A stretch of DNA of 64,000 nt from an uncultured delta proteobacterium. GTDB taxonomy: Bacteria; Desulfobacterota; Binatia; UBA9968. The stretch covers positions 1,440,001 to 1,504,000 of the forward strand of contig CAVSHR010000004.1 in assembly GCA_963727625.1 (NCBI GenBank), written 5' to 3'. Made by a program: the position numbers and the translations under genes. This document shows positions 41,490 through 51,973 of this stretch, piece after piece. Under the pieces are notes generated by a model. That model made no database searches and had not been told where the DNA came from. It saw only the letters and a list, made by a program, of their open reading frames with translations. The stretch's first letter is position 1. The number at the start of each line of letters is the position of its first letter.

Positions 41490-42455
41490 ATGGAACCCCT
41501 TCCTCGTGGAGCGAATTTTCAGCGCGCCTTGATGCTTTGGGAAATCGGCTTGCACATCGCCGGCAACCCCAACACCCCCTATTACGGCCCGCGCGACATG
41601 TGCATCTCGGTCGGCAGCGGCTCCAATGAAACTTTCAAGCCCTGGCTGCGCATGTCCACCGGCTCGCCGATCCTCGCCCACGGGGTCTGCAAGAATGAAT
41701 TGGAAGCGGCGATGATCAACCCCTCGGGATTGCTTACTCAAGCCTATCGCGGCACCGGGATTTTTCCCCAGAAATTGCCGGTTCGAATTATCGCGGTCTA
41801 TCCGTCGCTGGATCATTTCGTCTACGTCATTCACCCGCGCACCGGGCTTAAGTCGTTGGCCGAGATCAAGGAGAAAAAATATCCGCTGCGACTGTCAATC
41901 CGCGAAGACGCCACCCACTCCACCCGCGTGCTGGTGGACCAGACGCTGGCAGCCTACGGCATGACGGTAAAAGACATCGAATCCTGGGGCGGCAAACTGC
42001 AGCTCAACGGCGGCCCCGGCGACGCGCGGCGCATGAAAGCGATTCGCGAAGGCACGATCGACGCGATCTTCGACGAAGGTTTGCCGCTGTGGTTCGAGCC
42101 CGCGCTGGCGGCGGGCATGCAGCCGGTCACGCTGGATGATCATGCCTTTAAATCTCTGGTCGATGACCTCGGCTGGCGCCGCTATACGATCAAGCCCGGC
42201 CGCTTCACGGGACTCGATGCCGATTACACCTGCATCGACTACAGCGGCTGGCCGATCTATACCCGCGCCGCCCTGCCCGACGACGATGCCTACAAGATCT
42301 GCGATGCCATCGCCGCTCGCAAAGATCAAATGTTCTGGGAGGATTCCTACACCGGAGTCGGCCAGTTGGGCGAAAACACCGACGCCACCCCGCGCGACGT
42401 GCCGCTCCACCCCGGTGCGGAGAAGTGGTACCGGGAGCATGGATTCAAGGTATGA
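41490..42455 (+). CDS. TAXI-family TRAP solute-binding-like protein
   Basis: C-terminal DVPLHPGAEKWYRE; no obvious signal peptide. Confidence 0.75.
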   Translation: MEPLPRGANFQRALMLWEIGLHIAGNPNTPYYGPRDMCISVGSGSNETFKPWLRMSTGSPILAHGVCKNELEAAMINPSGLLTQAYRGTGIFPQKLPVRIIAVYPSLDHFVYVIHPRTGLKSLAEIKEKKYPLRLSIREDATHSTRVLVDQTLAAYGMTVKDIESWGGKLQLNGGPGDARRMKAIREGTIDAIFDEGLPLWFEPALAAGMQPVTLDDHAFKSLVDDLGWRRYTIKPGRFTGLDADYTCIDYSGWPIYTRAALPDDDAYKICDAIAARKDQMFWEDSYTGVGQLGENTDATPRDVPLHPGAEKWYREHGFKV

Positions 42456-42521
42456 ACGTTAAAGAATCGGAGCTTTCTCGAGCCTAATAGGGCGATGGTG
42501 CTCCAAGCCGGCGGCGAGAAG

Positions 42522-42968
42522 CTACGTGGAAACAAGAGCTGTTTCGACGTTCACCGCATCAAGCCTTTCCGCCTGCGCCGCCTTGAGCAAGTTTTTGTCG
42601 GCGGCGGCGAATCTCATTTCTTCCCCGAGCGCGGTTTTAAGGCAAAGCGCAGAGGCGAGATGAACGGCATCGAATCCTTTGAGCGAGTGGCGTTGGATCA
42701 AATCGCGGGCCAGAGCCAAAATCTCATCTTGTAGCTCCACTCGAACGTAGGCTAGCCAATCGTTCTCAAACTGGCGGCAAGCCAAAGAGTACTGCGCTTT
42801 GGACAAATGGCCTTCTCGGAGTTTGCGCGTGAGCCCGGCGAAGATTTCAGCGTAGGCGATTTTCGCGGTCGCAACGGCGTTCGCTCCTTGCACGAGGGAC
42901 TGAACCAAGGGCGAACCCTTTTCGTTAATGAACCGTTTAACGAGGGCGCTGGTATCGAGGTAGATCAC
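42522..42968 (-). CDS. VapC PIN-domain toxin
   Basis: YLDTSALVK and DAVHLASA. Confidence 0.9.
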   Translation of the reverse strand: MIYLDTSALVKRFINEKGSPLVQSLVQGANAVATAKIAYAEIFAGLTRKLREGHLSKAQYSLACRQFENDWLAYVRVELQDEILALARDLIQRHSLKGFDAVHLASALCLKTALGEEMRFAAADKNLLKAAQAERLDAVNVETALVST

Positions 42969-43246
42969 CGCCGATCTTCTACGATAATCTTTGATAGCGG
43001 CTTTCCGGATACTTTTATCGCCCGGACCCGGCGCAAGGGCTTCCGGGTCGGCAACGTGACCAGTCCCTGCGCCGCGACCCTGGCAAGCTTAGCTTCCAGA
43101 CTAACCGCCTTATTCGCGCCCTTGATCGGCTGGATCAAGGCAATAGGATTACCCCGCTCGGTGACAATGACCTCTTCGCCTTGCTTGGTGCGTCGAAGGT
43201 ATCGTGTGAGGGAATTTTTCAGTTCCTTAATTCCAACCGTGCCCAT
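42965..43246 (-). CDS. Phd/YefM-family antitoxin
   Basis: VGIKELKNSL..YL....GEEVIVTERG.PIA. Confidence 0.9.
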   Translation of the reverse strand: MGTVGIKELKNSLTRYLRRTKQGEEVIVTERGNPIALIQPIKGANKAVSLEAKLARVAAQGLVTLPTRKPLRRVRAIKVSGKPLSKIIVEDRR

Positions 43247-43426
43247 GCAGATTCCTCCAATGTAGCCATGGTAGCTACTTTGGCCGCCAAGTCAAACCCC
43301 GAGACAATCGGCGCCCCACCGGTCAAAGAGGCGGCTGGGACCGGATGCTATGGCCGTTGAGCGCGATTGTCGCGAATTCTGCAAAAGCCCTATGTTCCGA
43401 CACATTCGGTTCGGAATTGAGAACCC

Positions 43427-43463
43427 GTAGGATGGGTGGAGGCGCAATGCGCTGATACCCATC
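43427..43463. repeat. REP-like palindrome (GTAGGATGGGT...ACCCATC)
   Basis: GTAG tetranucleotide plus GATGGGT/ACCCATC stem, just downstream of the regulator stop. Confidence 0.55.
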
Positions 43464-43473
43464 GCGCTCGATC

Positions 43474-44817
43474 CTATTCGATACCCAGTGACTTCATCAG
43501 CCGTAAAAAATATTTAGTCTCGAGCCCGAGCGACCGCGCCGCCGCGGCCCGGTTGCCGTCGGTTTTGCGCAGTGCTTTGACGACCAAATCCTTGCGCGCG
43601 GCGTTGATGCCGTCGCGGTAGGATAGATTGTCTACGGACAGCGGAATCGATTCGCCGGCGAATCGCGACGGCAGGTCCGATGCTTCGATCATGTCGCCCG
43701 ATCCGAGCACAACCGCGTGTTCGATCACGTTTGCTAATTCCCGGACATTACCCGGCCAATCGTAATCCATCATTCTTGACTGCGCGTCATCGCTGATTCC
43801 GGTGAGGTGGCGTCGGGCCGAGATCGAAAACTTGCGCAAAAAATATTCGGCTAGAGTAGGAATGTCTTCTTTACGCTCCCGGAGCGGCGGCGGCGTGATC
43901 GCCACGACGTTGAGCCGGTGATAGAGATCGTCGCGAAAAGCGCCGCTCTTCACCGCCGCGTCAAGATCTCGATTGGTCGCCGCGATCACTCGAACGTCCA
44001 CGGAGATCGAGGTGACCCCACCAACCCGCTCGAATTCACGCTCCTGGAGAAAGCGCAGCAGCTTTGCCTGCATCTCGCGCGAGATATCGCCGATCTCGTC
44101 GAAAAAGATCGTGCCGCCGTTGGCCAGCTCGATCTTGCCTTTTTTCATTTTGTGCGCGCCGGTAAACGCGCCCTGTTCGTGGCCGAACAGATCGCTTTCC
44201 AGCAGTTCTTTCGATAAGCCGACCGAGTTGATCGCGATAAACGGCCGATTGACCCGCTCGCTCTGATTGTGGATGAACCGGGCAAACAACTCTTTGCCCG
44301 TGCCACTCTCGCCCAATAGCAATACGGTGGAATTGCTCGCCGCCGCTTTCCGCGCCATTTCCACCGTGCGCTTCATCTTCGGGCTTTCGCCGACGATCAA
44401 ATGATAACGATCGCGCAGCTCATCCGAGAGCACTTCGACTTCCCGCTTCAGCGACTGCCGCTCGATCGCCTTGCGCACCACCAGCTCGATGTGATCGGGA
44501 TCGAAGGGCCGGGTGATGAAATCGTAGGCGCCGGCTTTCATGACCTCGACCGCGCGCTCGACGGAACCGTATGCCGTGATCATGATGACCGGCGTGTCGT
44601 TGTTCTTGGCGCGAAGTTCTTGTAGAACCTCGAGGCCGCTCATGTCCGGCATCATGTAATCGAGGATCACCAGATCCAGCGGAGCCGATTCGATCTTTGC
44701 CAAAGCCTCTCTGCCGCCCCCCACCGTATCGACGGCAAAGCCCTTGTGCACCAGCTCCTGCGCCAGAATCTTTCGATTAGACGGCTCGTCGTCGGCGATG
44801 AGGATTTTATCAGCCAT
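43474..44817 (-). CDS. Sigma-54-dependent response regulator (NtrC family)
   Basis: Receiver domain, [22 protein letters not shown] and a Fis-type HTH. Confidence 0.95.
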   Translation of the reverse strand: MADKILIADDEPSNRKILAQELVHKGFAVDTVGGGREALAKIESAPLDLVILDYMMPDMSGLEVLQELRAKNNDTPVIMITAYGSVERAVEVMKAGAYDFITRPFDPDHIELVVRKAIERQSLKREVEVLSDELRDRYHLIVGESPKMKRTVEMARKAAASNSTVLLLGESGTGKELFARFIHNQSERVNRPFIAINSVGLSKELLESDLFGHEQGAFTGAHKMKKGKIELANGGTIFFDEIGDISREMQAKLLRFLQEREFERVGGVTSISVDVRVIAATNRDLDAAVKSGAFRDDLYHRLNVVAITPPPLRERKEDIPTLAEYFLRKFSISARRHLTGISDDAQSRMMDYDWPGNVRELANVIEHAVVLGSGDMIEASDLPSRFAGESIPLSVDNLSYRDGINAARKDLVVKALRKTDGNRAAAARSLGLETKYFLRLMKSLGIE

Positions 44818-44820
44818 AAT

Positions 44821-46713
44821 CTAACCGGCAACACTTTCTCTATGTTTGGCCGGCAGCGTCACGGTAAAAGTTGACCCTTTGCCGACCTCGCTCTCCACCA
44901 CCACCGTTCCTCCTAACAATTCAGCCAGCCGCTTCACGATCGCTAGTCCCAGACCGGTCCCGTGGTATTGTCCGTCCGTCGACATCGTGCCCCGGTCAAA
45001 TTCCTCAAAAATTCGGGTCATATCCGCCGGATCTATCCCGATTCCAGTATCCATCACCGCAAGCTTGAAATCACCGTTGACCTGGCACGCGGATATTCTT
45101 ATCTCACCCCGCTCAGTGAATTTCACAGCGTTACCGAGCAAGTTAATAACAATTTGGCGCAGCTTATCGCGATCCGTGTTCAATGGCACCATCTTTTCCG
45201 GAAGATCACGGACCAACCTAACCATGCGTTTGTCCAAAATTGGTTCTACAGCCGACGCGACGCCGTGAATCAACTCGTCCACCCGCACCGGCACAATTTG
45301 GACTTCCATCTTTCCTGCCTCGATTTTGGCGAAATCCAGGAGGCTATCGATCATAATAAGCAGCCGCTCGGCGTTGCGCAGCAGATCGTCCAGGTTCTCC
45401 CGCTGCAAAGAAGAAATTTGATCTCCGCTCTCCCGCCGCAGCAAGCGCGCATAGCCGATTATCGAACTCAGCGGTGTGCGCAACTCGTGATTGACGTTGG
45501 CAAGAAACCTCGACTTGTGCTTGCTCGCTTCCGCCAGATTGATGTTAGCAATCCGTAATTCACTTGTCCGCTCTGCCACTTTGCGCTCCAGATCCGCATA
45601 CGAGTTCCTGAGATGCGCGGCCATGTCATTGAACTCATCCGCAAGAACCTCAATCTCGTCCCCCGTCCTGATATCGAGGCGCGCGCTTAAATCGCCCTCC
45701 CGAGCGCGCTCGACCCCTTGACGGAGCGCCTCAAGGGGGACAACCACGCGACGCCTGATCATTAGAGTGGCGAGCAAAGCGACCACCAGAGCAACTATGA
45801 ATGCCCCTCCGGTGCGCAACATAGAAGCGTATAAGGGCGCGTAAATCTCCGCGATTGGCTGCTCGACAAAAACCACCCAACCGAGGCTGGGAATGAGCGC
45901 ATAGGAGGTGAATACTGGTTTTCCTTCCATATTGCGCGCCACAAACGCTTTTAAAGAAGTCGGGCGAGCGAGTCTATTAAACGCGGTCTTTATTTGTTCC
46001 ATTACCGCAAGGTTTCGTTTCTGCAATACTCGGCTAAGATCAGGGTGTCCAATGAGTTGACCCCTCCGATTGACCAAGTAGGCGTAGCCTTTCTTCCCTA
46101 CTCGCACTTGTGACATGACTTCGTCGATATATTTGAGGTCTAGCTCCGCGAGCAGCATTCCAATGATTTCGCCAGCGATTCGCTCAATGGGCACGGCGAT
46201 GCGCATATAGGGCCCGGTGCCCTCAATAAAATACACTGGACCGAAGTAAGATCTTCCTTCTTTGACTTGATCCAGTAATGTATGGGGGAGGCCATCCCAA
46301 TCGTCGCTGGTAAAAACAGGCCGCAAGCGCCCAGCATCCGCTCGTGGTACTCCGTTCATGTCGAAGGCAACTGCTAAAGTGATCGACGGCGCATTGACAA
46401 GCAATCTCCTCAATTCCCACTTGTAATCGGACGTAAGTCCGACCTGGACAAGTTCACTCGTTCGTGTCGCCGCCCTCAAAGTGCGTTTTTGTTCTTGCAG
46501 AAACCGCTCAATTTTAAACGCCGTAGCTTCGGCGAACTCGTTCTGAATGACACTTAGATGCTCTAGGTTCTCTTGGTGGCTAAAGTAAACTTCGAGACTT
46601 CCGCTCGTGATGAGCCCGACGCAAATAATTATGAATGAGATAACGAAATACTGACGTATAAATCTACCTTTGCGCGCTCGCCGGAGCCGTAGTCCTGGTT
46701 TTCTTACCAGCAT
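44821..46713 (-). CDS. dCache/HAMP sensor histidine kinase
   Basis: Cache motif GYAYLVN..G.LIGHPD, HAMP, NHELRTPL, NAVKFT and GTGLGL. Confidence 0.92.
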   Translation of the reverse strand: MLVRKPGLRLRRARKGRFIRQYFVISFIIICVGLITSGSLEVYFSHQENLEHLSVIQNEFAEATAFKIERFLQEQKRTLRAATRTSELVQVGLTSDYKWELRRLLVNAPSITLAVAFDMNGVPRADAGRLRPVFTSDDWDGLPHTLLDQVKEGRSYFGPVYFIEGTGPYMRIAVPIERIAGEIIGMLLAELDLKYIDEVMSQVRVGKKGYAYLVNRRGQLIGHPDLSRVLQKRNLAVMEQIKTAFNRLARPTSLKAFVARNMEGKPVFTSYALIPSLGWVVFVEQPIAEIYAPLYASMLRTGGAFIVALVVALLATLMIRRRVVVPLEALRQGVERAREGDLSARLDIRTGDEIEVLADEFNDMAAHLRNSYADLERKVAERTSELRIANINLAEASKHKSRFLANVNHELRTPLSSIIGYARLLRRESGDQISSLQRENLDDLLRNAERLLIMIDSLLDFAKIEAGKMEVQIVPVRVDELIHGVASAVEPILDKRMVRLVRDLPEKMVPLNTDRDKLRQIVINLLGNAVKFTERGEIRISACQVNGDFKLAVMDTGIGIDPADMTRIFEEFDRGTMSTDGQYHGTGLGLAIVKRLAELLGGTVVVESEVGKGSTFTVTLPAKHRESVAG

Positions 46714-46724
46714 GGTTCTTGCAA

Positions 46725-47696
46725 TTATCGGATTACTTCATTCGCTTCCAGGAGAATTTGCGGTGGGATTTTCCACAGCATTCTATGAGCGGTTCGGAGG
46801 TTGATCACGAATTCAAACTGCGGTGGTTCGACCGGCAGGACAGACGGGCTGGTACCTTTGATAATCTTATCGACATAGTAAGCGGCGCGCCGCCATGACG
46901 CTGTGTAATCAACACCGAAAGACATTAGCCCTCCTTTTTCGACAAACTCCCGAGATTCGTACATCGTCGGCAGACGCTGCTTAGCGGTAAAATTGATGAT
47001 TCGATCGGCATTTTGAATCGTAAACGAATTGCGTACCGTGATGAGGGCATCCGGGCCAGTCGCTGCGATTTTAACAAAAGCTTGATCGAGCTCTTCCGCA
47101 GTGAATGCGTTCACAGCCTCCAACCCGAGATCCATCTTCGCAGCTTCCTTCAAATAGTCTTTCACGCGGGCGGGTCGATGGTCTGCATTCAGGAGCATCA
47201 CACGAAACATTTGGGGAAAAATATCCTTGAGCAGTTCAACTCTTTTTCCTTCGTCGCGCTGGGCCGAGCTGGATAAACCTGTGACGTTTCCCGCCGGCGC
47301 AGAAAGAGTCTTAACGAACCCTCGGCCCACGGGATTACCGCCGCTGATCATGATAATGGGTATCGTTTTTGTAGTTTTAAGCGCGCCGGCTATTGCTGTG
47401 GTGCCCACCGCAACGATGGCCGAGACACCGAGTTTAGCCAAATCGCCCGCGAGGTCAGGTAAATGCTTAATTTTGCGATTGGCGGGGCGGTATTCGATTA
47501 AAATATCCTTGCCGACGATATAGCCAAACTTTTCGAAGCCCTGAACTAAGGCGTTGAGGTGGCGTTTCGCTTCCGGCTCGGTAAGGCTACCCGGCATTAA
47601 TACACCGATGCGGGGTATTCGAAGCTGCGTTTGCGCAGCGGCAAGCCCTTGGCTTAAGAATACCCAAACCGAAAGCAGCCGACAGATCGTTTTCAT
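46725..47696 (-). CDS. ABC transporter substrate-binding protein (ABC_sub_bind type)
   Basis: RIGVL, GNVTGLS, GGLMSFG and FVINLRTA. Confidence 0.88.
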   Translation of the reverse strand: MKTICRLLSVWVFLSQGLAAAQTQLRIPRIGVLMPGSLTEPEAKRHLNALVQGFEKFGYIVGKDILIEYRPANRKIKHLPDLAGDLAKLGVSAIVAVGTTAIAGALKTTKTIPIIMISGGNPVGRGFVKTLSAPAGNVTGLSSSAQRDEGKRVELLKDIFPQMFRVMLLNADHRPARVKDYLKEAAKMDLGLEAVNAFTAEELDQAFVKIAATGPDALITVRNSFTIQNADRIINFTAKQRLPTMYESREFVEKGGLMSFGVDYTASWRRAAYYVDKIIKGTSPSVLPVEPPQFEFVINLRTAHRMLWKIPPQILLEANEVIR

Positions 47697-48114
47697 CTAT
47701 CTAGCCCGGATAACCTTCTACCAAGAAACGCTTTTGCGGCCATACGCATCCAATGCGTAACTGTACTACTCTAACGCTGCTCCGCACGAGTTTTTTCGAC
47801 TCCGATCTCCAAACCGTAGACTTGGGGAATTCGATTACATCAAATCAGTAGACTGAGCAAGCGTCGCAAGTGAGGACATCGGCACTTTCTCCTTGGCGCC
47901 TTGCATTCCTTTGACGTTGTTCAAAACATGCTTCGCGAGATCGGTACCAAAGCAATTTTATATCATACGACTCGTTGGTAGAGTGAGCGTGAATTTCGAC
48001 CCCTTCCCCACCTCGCTCTCGACCGCAACCGTTCCCCCCAACAAGTCCGCCAGCCTCTTCACGATCGCGAGTCCCAAACCCGTCCCGTGATACTGTCCGT
48101 TCCTCGACATCGTA

Positions 48115-49236
48115 TCAATCGTTGCAAAAGTAATGGCTATTTGTAGGTAACTGGTGTAGAGTCTACTTATGCCAAGGAAAGCAAAGAAGAAGCCGGTAAG
48201 CGTTAGAGCGCAAGTCCGTTATGAGAAGCGGCGCATGGCAGTTGAAGCCCTGAGCAAAGGAGAGCTAGCTTCAGATGTGGCTCGAGTGATGAAGATTCCG
48301 CGAAGAACGCTATTCACTTGGATAGCTCGCTACCGGCATGGAGGCGAGCATGCCTTGCAAGACCGCCAGAAGAGCGGGCGACCTCGAAAGGCCGAGGCGA
48401 AAGTTCTGCAATGGCTTTACGACGCGATTACACTGGGCGACCCGCGGCAATACCAATTGCCATATTGCCTGTGGACGCTGGCGATCGTGCGGCGATTGTT
48501 GAAGAAGGAGCATGGCGTGGAAATGAGCAAGAGTGGAGTGAGCCGCATGCTCAAGCATTTGGGGCTGAGCCCACAGCGGCCAATTTACAGGAGCTACAAG
48601 CGCGATCCCGAGGAGATGAAGAAGTATCTGGATAAGACGTTTCCCGGCTTGCGGGCCAAAGCAGGTCGAATGGGGGCCGCGATCTACTTTGTGGATGAGG
48701 CGTCGGTCCGGTCGGACGCTCATCGCGGAACGACCTGGGGCAAGATCGGGCAGACCCCGGAGGCTGACGACAGTGGCGACCGCTTCAGCATCCGGCTCAT
48801 CAGCGCAGTCAGCCCGCGTGGGGACATGAAATTCAGCAGCTTCACAGGCAGAATGAACGGCATCCGTTTTGTGAACTTTCTCAAGAAGCTCCATGCCGAT
48901 GTCGGCCGCCCCATCATCGTCATCGCGGACAACGCCAGCTACCACACTGGCGGGGTTGTCCAGCGCTACGTGAAGCAGACTCGCGGACAGGTCACTGTGG
49001 GAAGCCTGCCCAGATACTCGCCAGAGCTCAATCCGGACGAACAAGTGTGGAATCATGCGAAGGCAAGACTCGCCAAGCTATTCGTGGCGACTAAGGATGA
49101 GTTCAAAGCGGCTCTATCCTCGATTCTGCTCTCGATTCAAAGGTCGACTGATCTTGTCCTCTCCTTCTTTCAGCTTCCTGACACCCAGTATGCTGCCAAA
49201 GCTGTCTTCTAGTGCATATACTTATGCAATGATTGA
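48115..49236 (+). mobile_element. IS630-family element, copy A (1122 bp)
   Basis: IRs TCAATCGTTGCA / TGCAATGATTGA; TA duplication at 48113-48114 and 49237-49238. Confidence 0.93.
48169..49212 (+). CDS. IS630 family transposase
   Basis: HTH, FVDEAS, ADNASYH and [12 protein letters not shown]. Confidence 0.95.
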   Translation: MPRKAKKKPVSVRAQVRYEKRRMAVEALSKGELASDVARVMKIPRRTLFTWIARYRHGGEHALQDRQKSGRPRKAEAKVLQWLYDAITLGDPRQYQLPYCLWTLAIVRRLLKKEHGVEMSKSGVSRMLKHLGLSPQRPIYRSYKRDPEEMKKYLDKTFPGLRAKAGRMGAAIYFVDEASVRSDAHRGTTWGKIGQTPEADDSGDRFSIRLISAVSPRGDMKFSSFTGRMNGIRFVNFLKKLHADVGRPIIVIADNASYHTGGVVQRYVKQTRGQVTVGSLPRYSPELNPDEQVWNHAKARLAKLFVATKDEFKAALSSILLSIQRSTDLVLSFFQLPDTQYAAKAVF

Positions 49237-50010
49237 TACCCCGGTCAAATTCCTCGAAGATCCGGTTCAAATCCCCTGGATCGATACCGATGCCGGTATC
49301 GGCTACCGCCAGCTTGAAATCACCATTGACCTGAATAGCAGAGATTCTTATCTCCCCTCGCTCGGTAAATTTCACCGCGTTGCCTAGCAAATTAAGCACG
49401 ATCTGACGCAGTTTTTCCCGATCCGTGTTCAACGGCGCTATCGTCGGCGGCACGTCGAGGACAAGCCGCACGGCCTCATTGTTCACCACCCGCTCGATCG
49501 TCGCCGCGACCCCTTGTATCAATTCGTCGACCCTGACCGGTTCGACGTTAACCTCCATCTTCCCGGCTTCGATCTTGGCGAAATCCAGAAGGCTGTCGAT
49601 CATACCGAGCAGCCGCTCGGCGTTGCGCAGAAGATCTTCGATATTCTCCTGCTGCAATGACGAGATCTGCCCTTCGGTTTGCCGCCGCAGCAAACGAGCG
49701 TACCCGATAATCGAGCTGAGCGGCGTGCGCAGCTCGTGATTAACGTTGGCAAGAAAACGTGACTTGTGCCGGCTAGCATCGGCGAGCTTGATGTTGGCAG
49801 TCCGCAATTCACTTGTCCGCTCTGCTACTTTACGCTCCAAGCCAGCATACAGCTCGTTCAGCGACCGTGCCATCTCGTTAAAGCTCGTCGCCAACTGGCC
49901 GACTTCGTCATGCGATTCGACGGGAATCACTTGACTCCACCTACCCTGACTCATCTGCTGAGCTTGTGTCGTAAGCTGCTTGATCGGGCGCGTGATTCTT
50001 ACAGAGAAGT

Positions 50011-50970
50011 CAGAAGCGTCCGACAGATTTTAGGTCTCTCTGATAAAAAGCTAGGTATTGCGCAGTGTTCATAAAGTATCGAGGTGTTAACGATTTGAAT
50101 TTATATTGTCATTGTCGGCAGTCTTTCGGGACTTTCCCGGGAGGCACCGATGCACACAGGCAATCTGGTATTCGCACAACTCATGGAGTTTGCGCCGTGG
50201 CATACGTTTCGTCGGCTGGTGGCGAAGTATCGTGGCGATTTCAACGTGCGCACCTTCAGCTGCTTGGACCAGTTTCTCTCGATGGCCTTCGCACAGCTAA
50301 CCTACCGCGAAAGCCTGCGCGACATCGAGGCGTGTTTGCGCGCGCAGCCCGCCAAGCTCTATCATATGGGTCTTCGCGGCAAGCTAAGCCGCAGTGCTCT
50401 GGCCGACGCCAACGAGTCGCGCGATTGGCGCATCTTTGCCGAGTACGCTCATGCACTTATCCGCACCGCACGCAGACTGTATTCCCAGGACTCTCTTTCT
50501 GTGGAGCTTGCCGAGACGGTTTACGCTTTGGATGCCACCACCATCGACTTGTGCTTGTCGCTGTTCGCGTGGGCCAAGTTTCGCAAGACCAAAGCGGCGA
50601 TCAAGCTGCACACGCTGCTCGACTTGCGCGGCGCGATTCCCAGCTTCATTCACATCTCCGACGGCAAGCTGCACGATGTCAATGTTCTCGATGTGTTGAT
50701 TGCCGAACCGGGCGCGTTCTACGTCATGGACCGCGGCTACATCGACTTCGAGCGGCTGTACCGCCTCGATCAGGACGCCAGCTTCTTCGTCACTCGTGCC
50801 AAAGCCAACTTCAAATTCAAGCGCGTCTACTCCCGACCGGTCGATCGCCGCACCGGATTGCTCTGCGACCAGGAAGTAAACTTGGTCGTACCGCGTTCTG
50901 TGAAGGCCTATCCCGCGCGCCTGCGCCGGATTCGCTATCGCGATGCCGAAGGACGGCGGTTGGTGTTTTT
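50011..50970 (+). mobile_element. IS4-family element (DUF4372 type), left part only
   Basis: Left end inferred where the kinase frame stops; the transposase is cut at the IS21 end. Confidence 0.7.
50150..50970 (+). pseudogene. IS4 family transposase, 3'-truncated by IS21
   Basis: QLTYRESLRDIE, DATTIDLC, KLHTLLDL and MDRGYIDF; stops just before the expected FLTNN motif. Confidence 0.88.
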
Positions 50971-51480
50971 CCTCAATGGTCACTTCAAAACCGGCCATTA
51001 GTGGTCAGCGCAAAACCGGCCAACGGAGAGCGTGCGAGACAGGGTTGTTTTAACCTTTTGCCTCCTGGTTGGGCAAGTCCATTTTGGTTCTCCAACTGCG
51101 CGGTCCGCATTTGAGAACGTGACCGTGGTGCAGCAAGCGATCGAGCATAGCAGAGACCGCAGCGCTGTCACCGAGTAGCTTTCCCCAATCTTCGACAGGA
51201 CGGTTCGAGGTCATCAGAGTGCTGGCCCGTTCATAGCGGCGCATGACGATCTCCAGGATGTCCTCGGCCGCGGTGGACGGGAGCTTGCGCATGCCCAGAT
51301 CATCGATGATGAGCAGCGGCACGGTGGCCAGAAGTTCCATGTGCTGTTTGCGGGAGCCGTCGATGGTGGCTTCGGCGATCTCGTCAAGCAGGGTATGGGT
51401 CTCACGGTAGAGTACGCGATAGCCCTGTTGGATGGCGGCCAGACCGATGGCCTGAGCCAAGTGGCTCTTGCCGGTGCCGG

Positions 51481-51960
51481 GCGAACCCGTCACACAATGC
51501 TCAGTTTTCAACATCAGTAACAATCCATTATCCCTGGCATCCGCTGTTCGGCACGACGCTGTCAGTGAAACGGTCCCATAGAGGGTCGGACAGAGAAGTA
51601 TCACTTGTTTGCTTGCTCGGCGACAGCACCTGGGCGTTGATTCCGAGCTGGATGACGATGCGGGAGCGGTGTGCCGAATTGAAGATGGTTGAAACACCGG
51701 AGCTTTCGGTTTCAGCCCTGAGGGAAGTCGCGCAGTTTATGGCGTTGTTGAGTTGCCCTACCAATGTGGAGAACATCCGAGCTAAGGGAAATCACAAGGA
51801 GGCTCGGCAGGATGAAAGTCAGCAAGCGGATGCAGTTGGATCTGGTTTGGATCGAGGAAGTCTGCTGGGAGGATCTGCCCGTTCAGACACGGCAACAGGT
51901 CAAGGAGTTGATCGTCAAGTTACTGCGCCAGGCAGCCAGAGAGGGGGTGAAGGAAAATGA
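51481..51960 (+). CDS. DUF5372-like protein; its start codon lies across attP at the element's other end (ATG 54064)
   Basis: Open frame from the left junction, VTIHYPWHPLFG...LIPSWMT; no in-frame ATG/GTG/TTG before 51565. Confidence 0.6.
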   Translation, partial: ANPSHNAQFSTSVTIHYPWHPLFGTTLSVKRSHRGSDREVSLVCLLGDSTWALIPSWMTMRERCAELKMVETPELSVSALREVAQFMALLSCPTNVENIRAKGNHKEARQDESQQADAVGSGLDRGSLLGGSARSDTATGQGVDRQVTAPGSQRGGEGK

Positions 51961-51973
51961 TGCTGATGAATAA
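51812..51973 (+). CDS. Small LSR-associated protein (53 aa)
   Basis: GGAGG upstream; WEDLPVQTRQQVKELIVKLL; its stop overlaps the recombinase start region. Confidence 0.6.
   Translation: MKVSKRMQLDLVWIEEVCWEDLPVQTRQQVKELIVKLLRQAAREGVKENDADE

Larger units (their letters stand above)
47958..50010 (-). pseudogene. Sensor histidine kinase paralog, split by IS630 and 5'-truncated at IS4
   Basis: Removing 48115-49238 restores [18 protein letters not shown], matching the 44821 kinase; stop at 47958; the frame upstream (FSVRITRPIKQLT) ends at about 50010. Confidence 0.88.

Noticed and set aside
49103-49238. Apparent C-terminus of the 283-aa kinase ORF
   Set aside because: Read-through into IS630; the real C-terminus is at 47958-48114.
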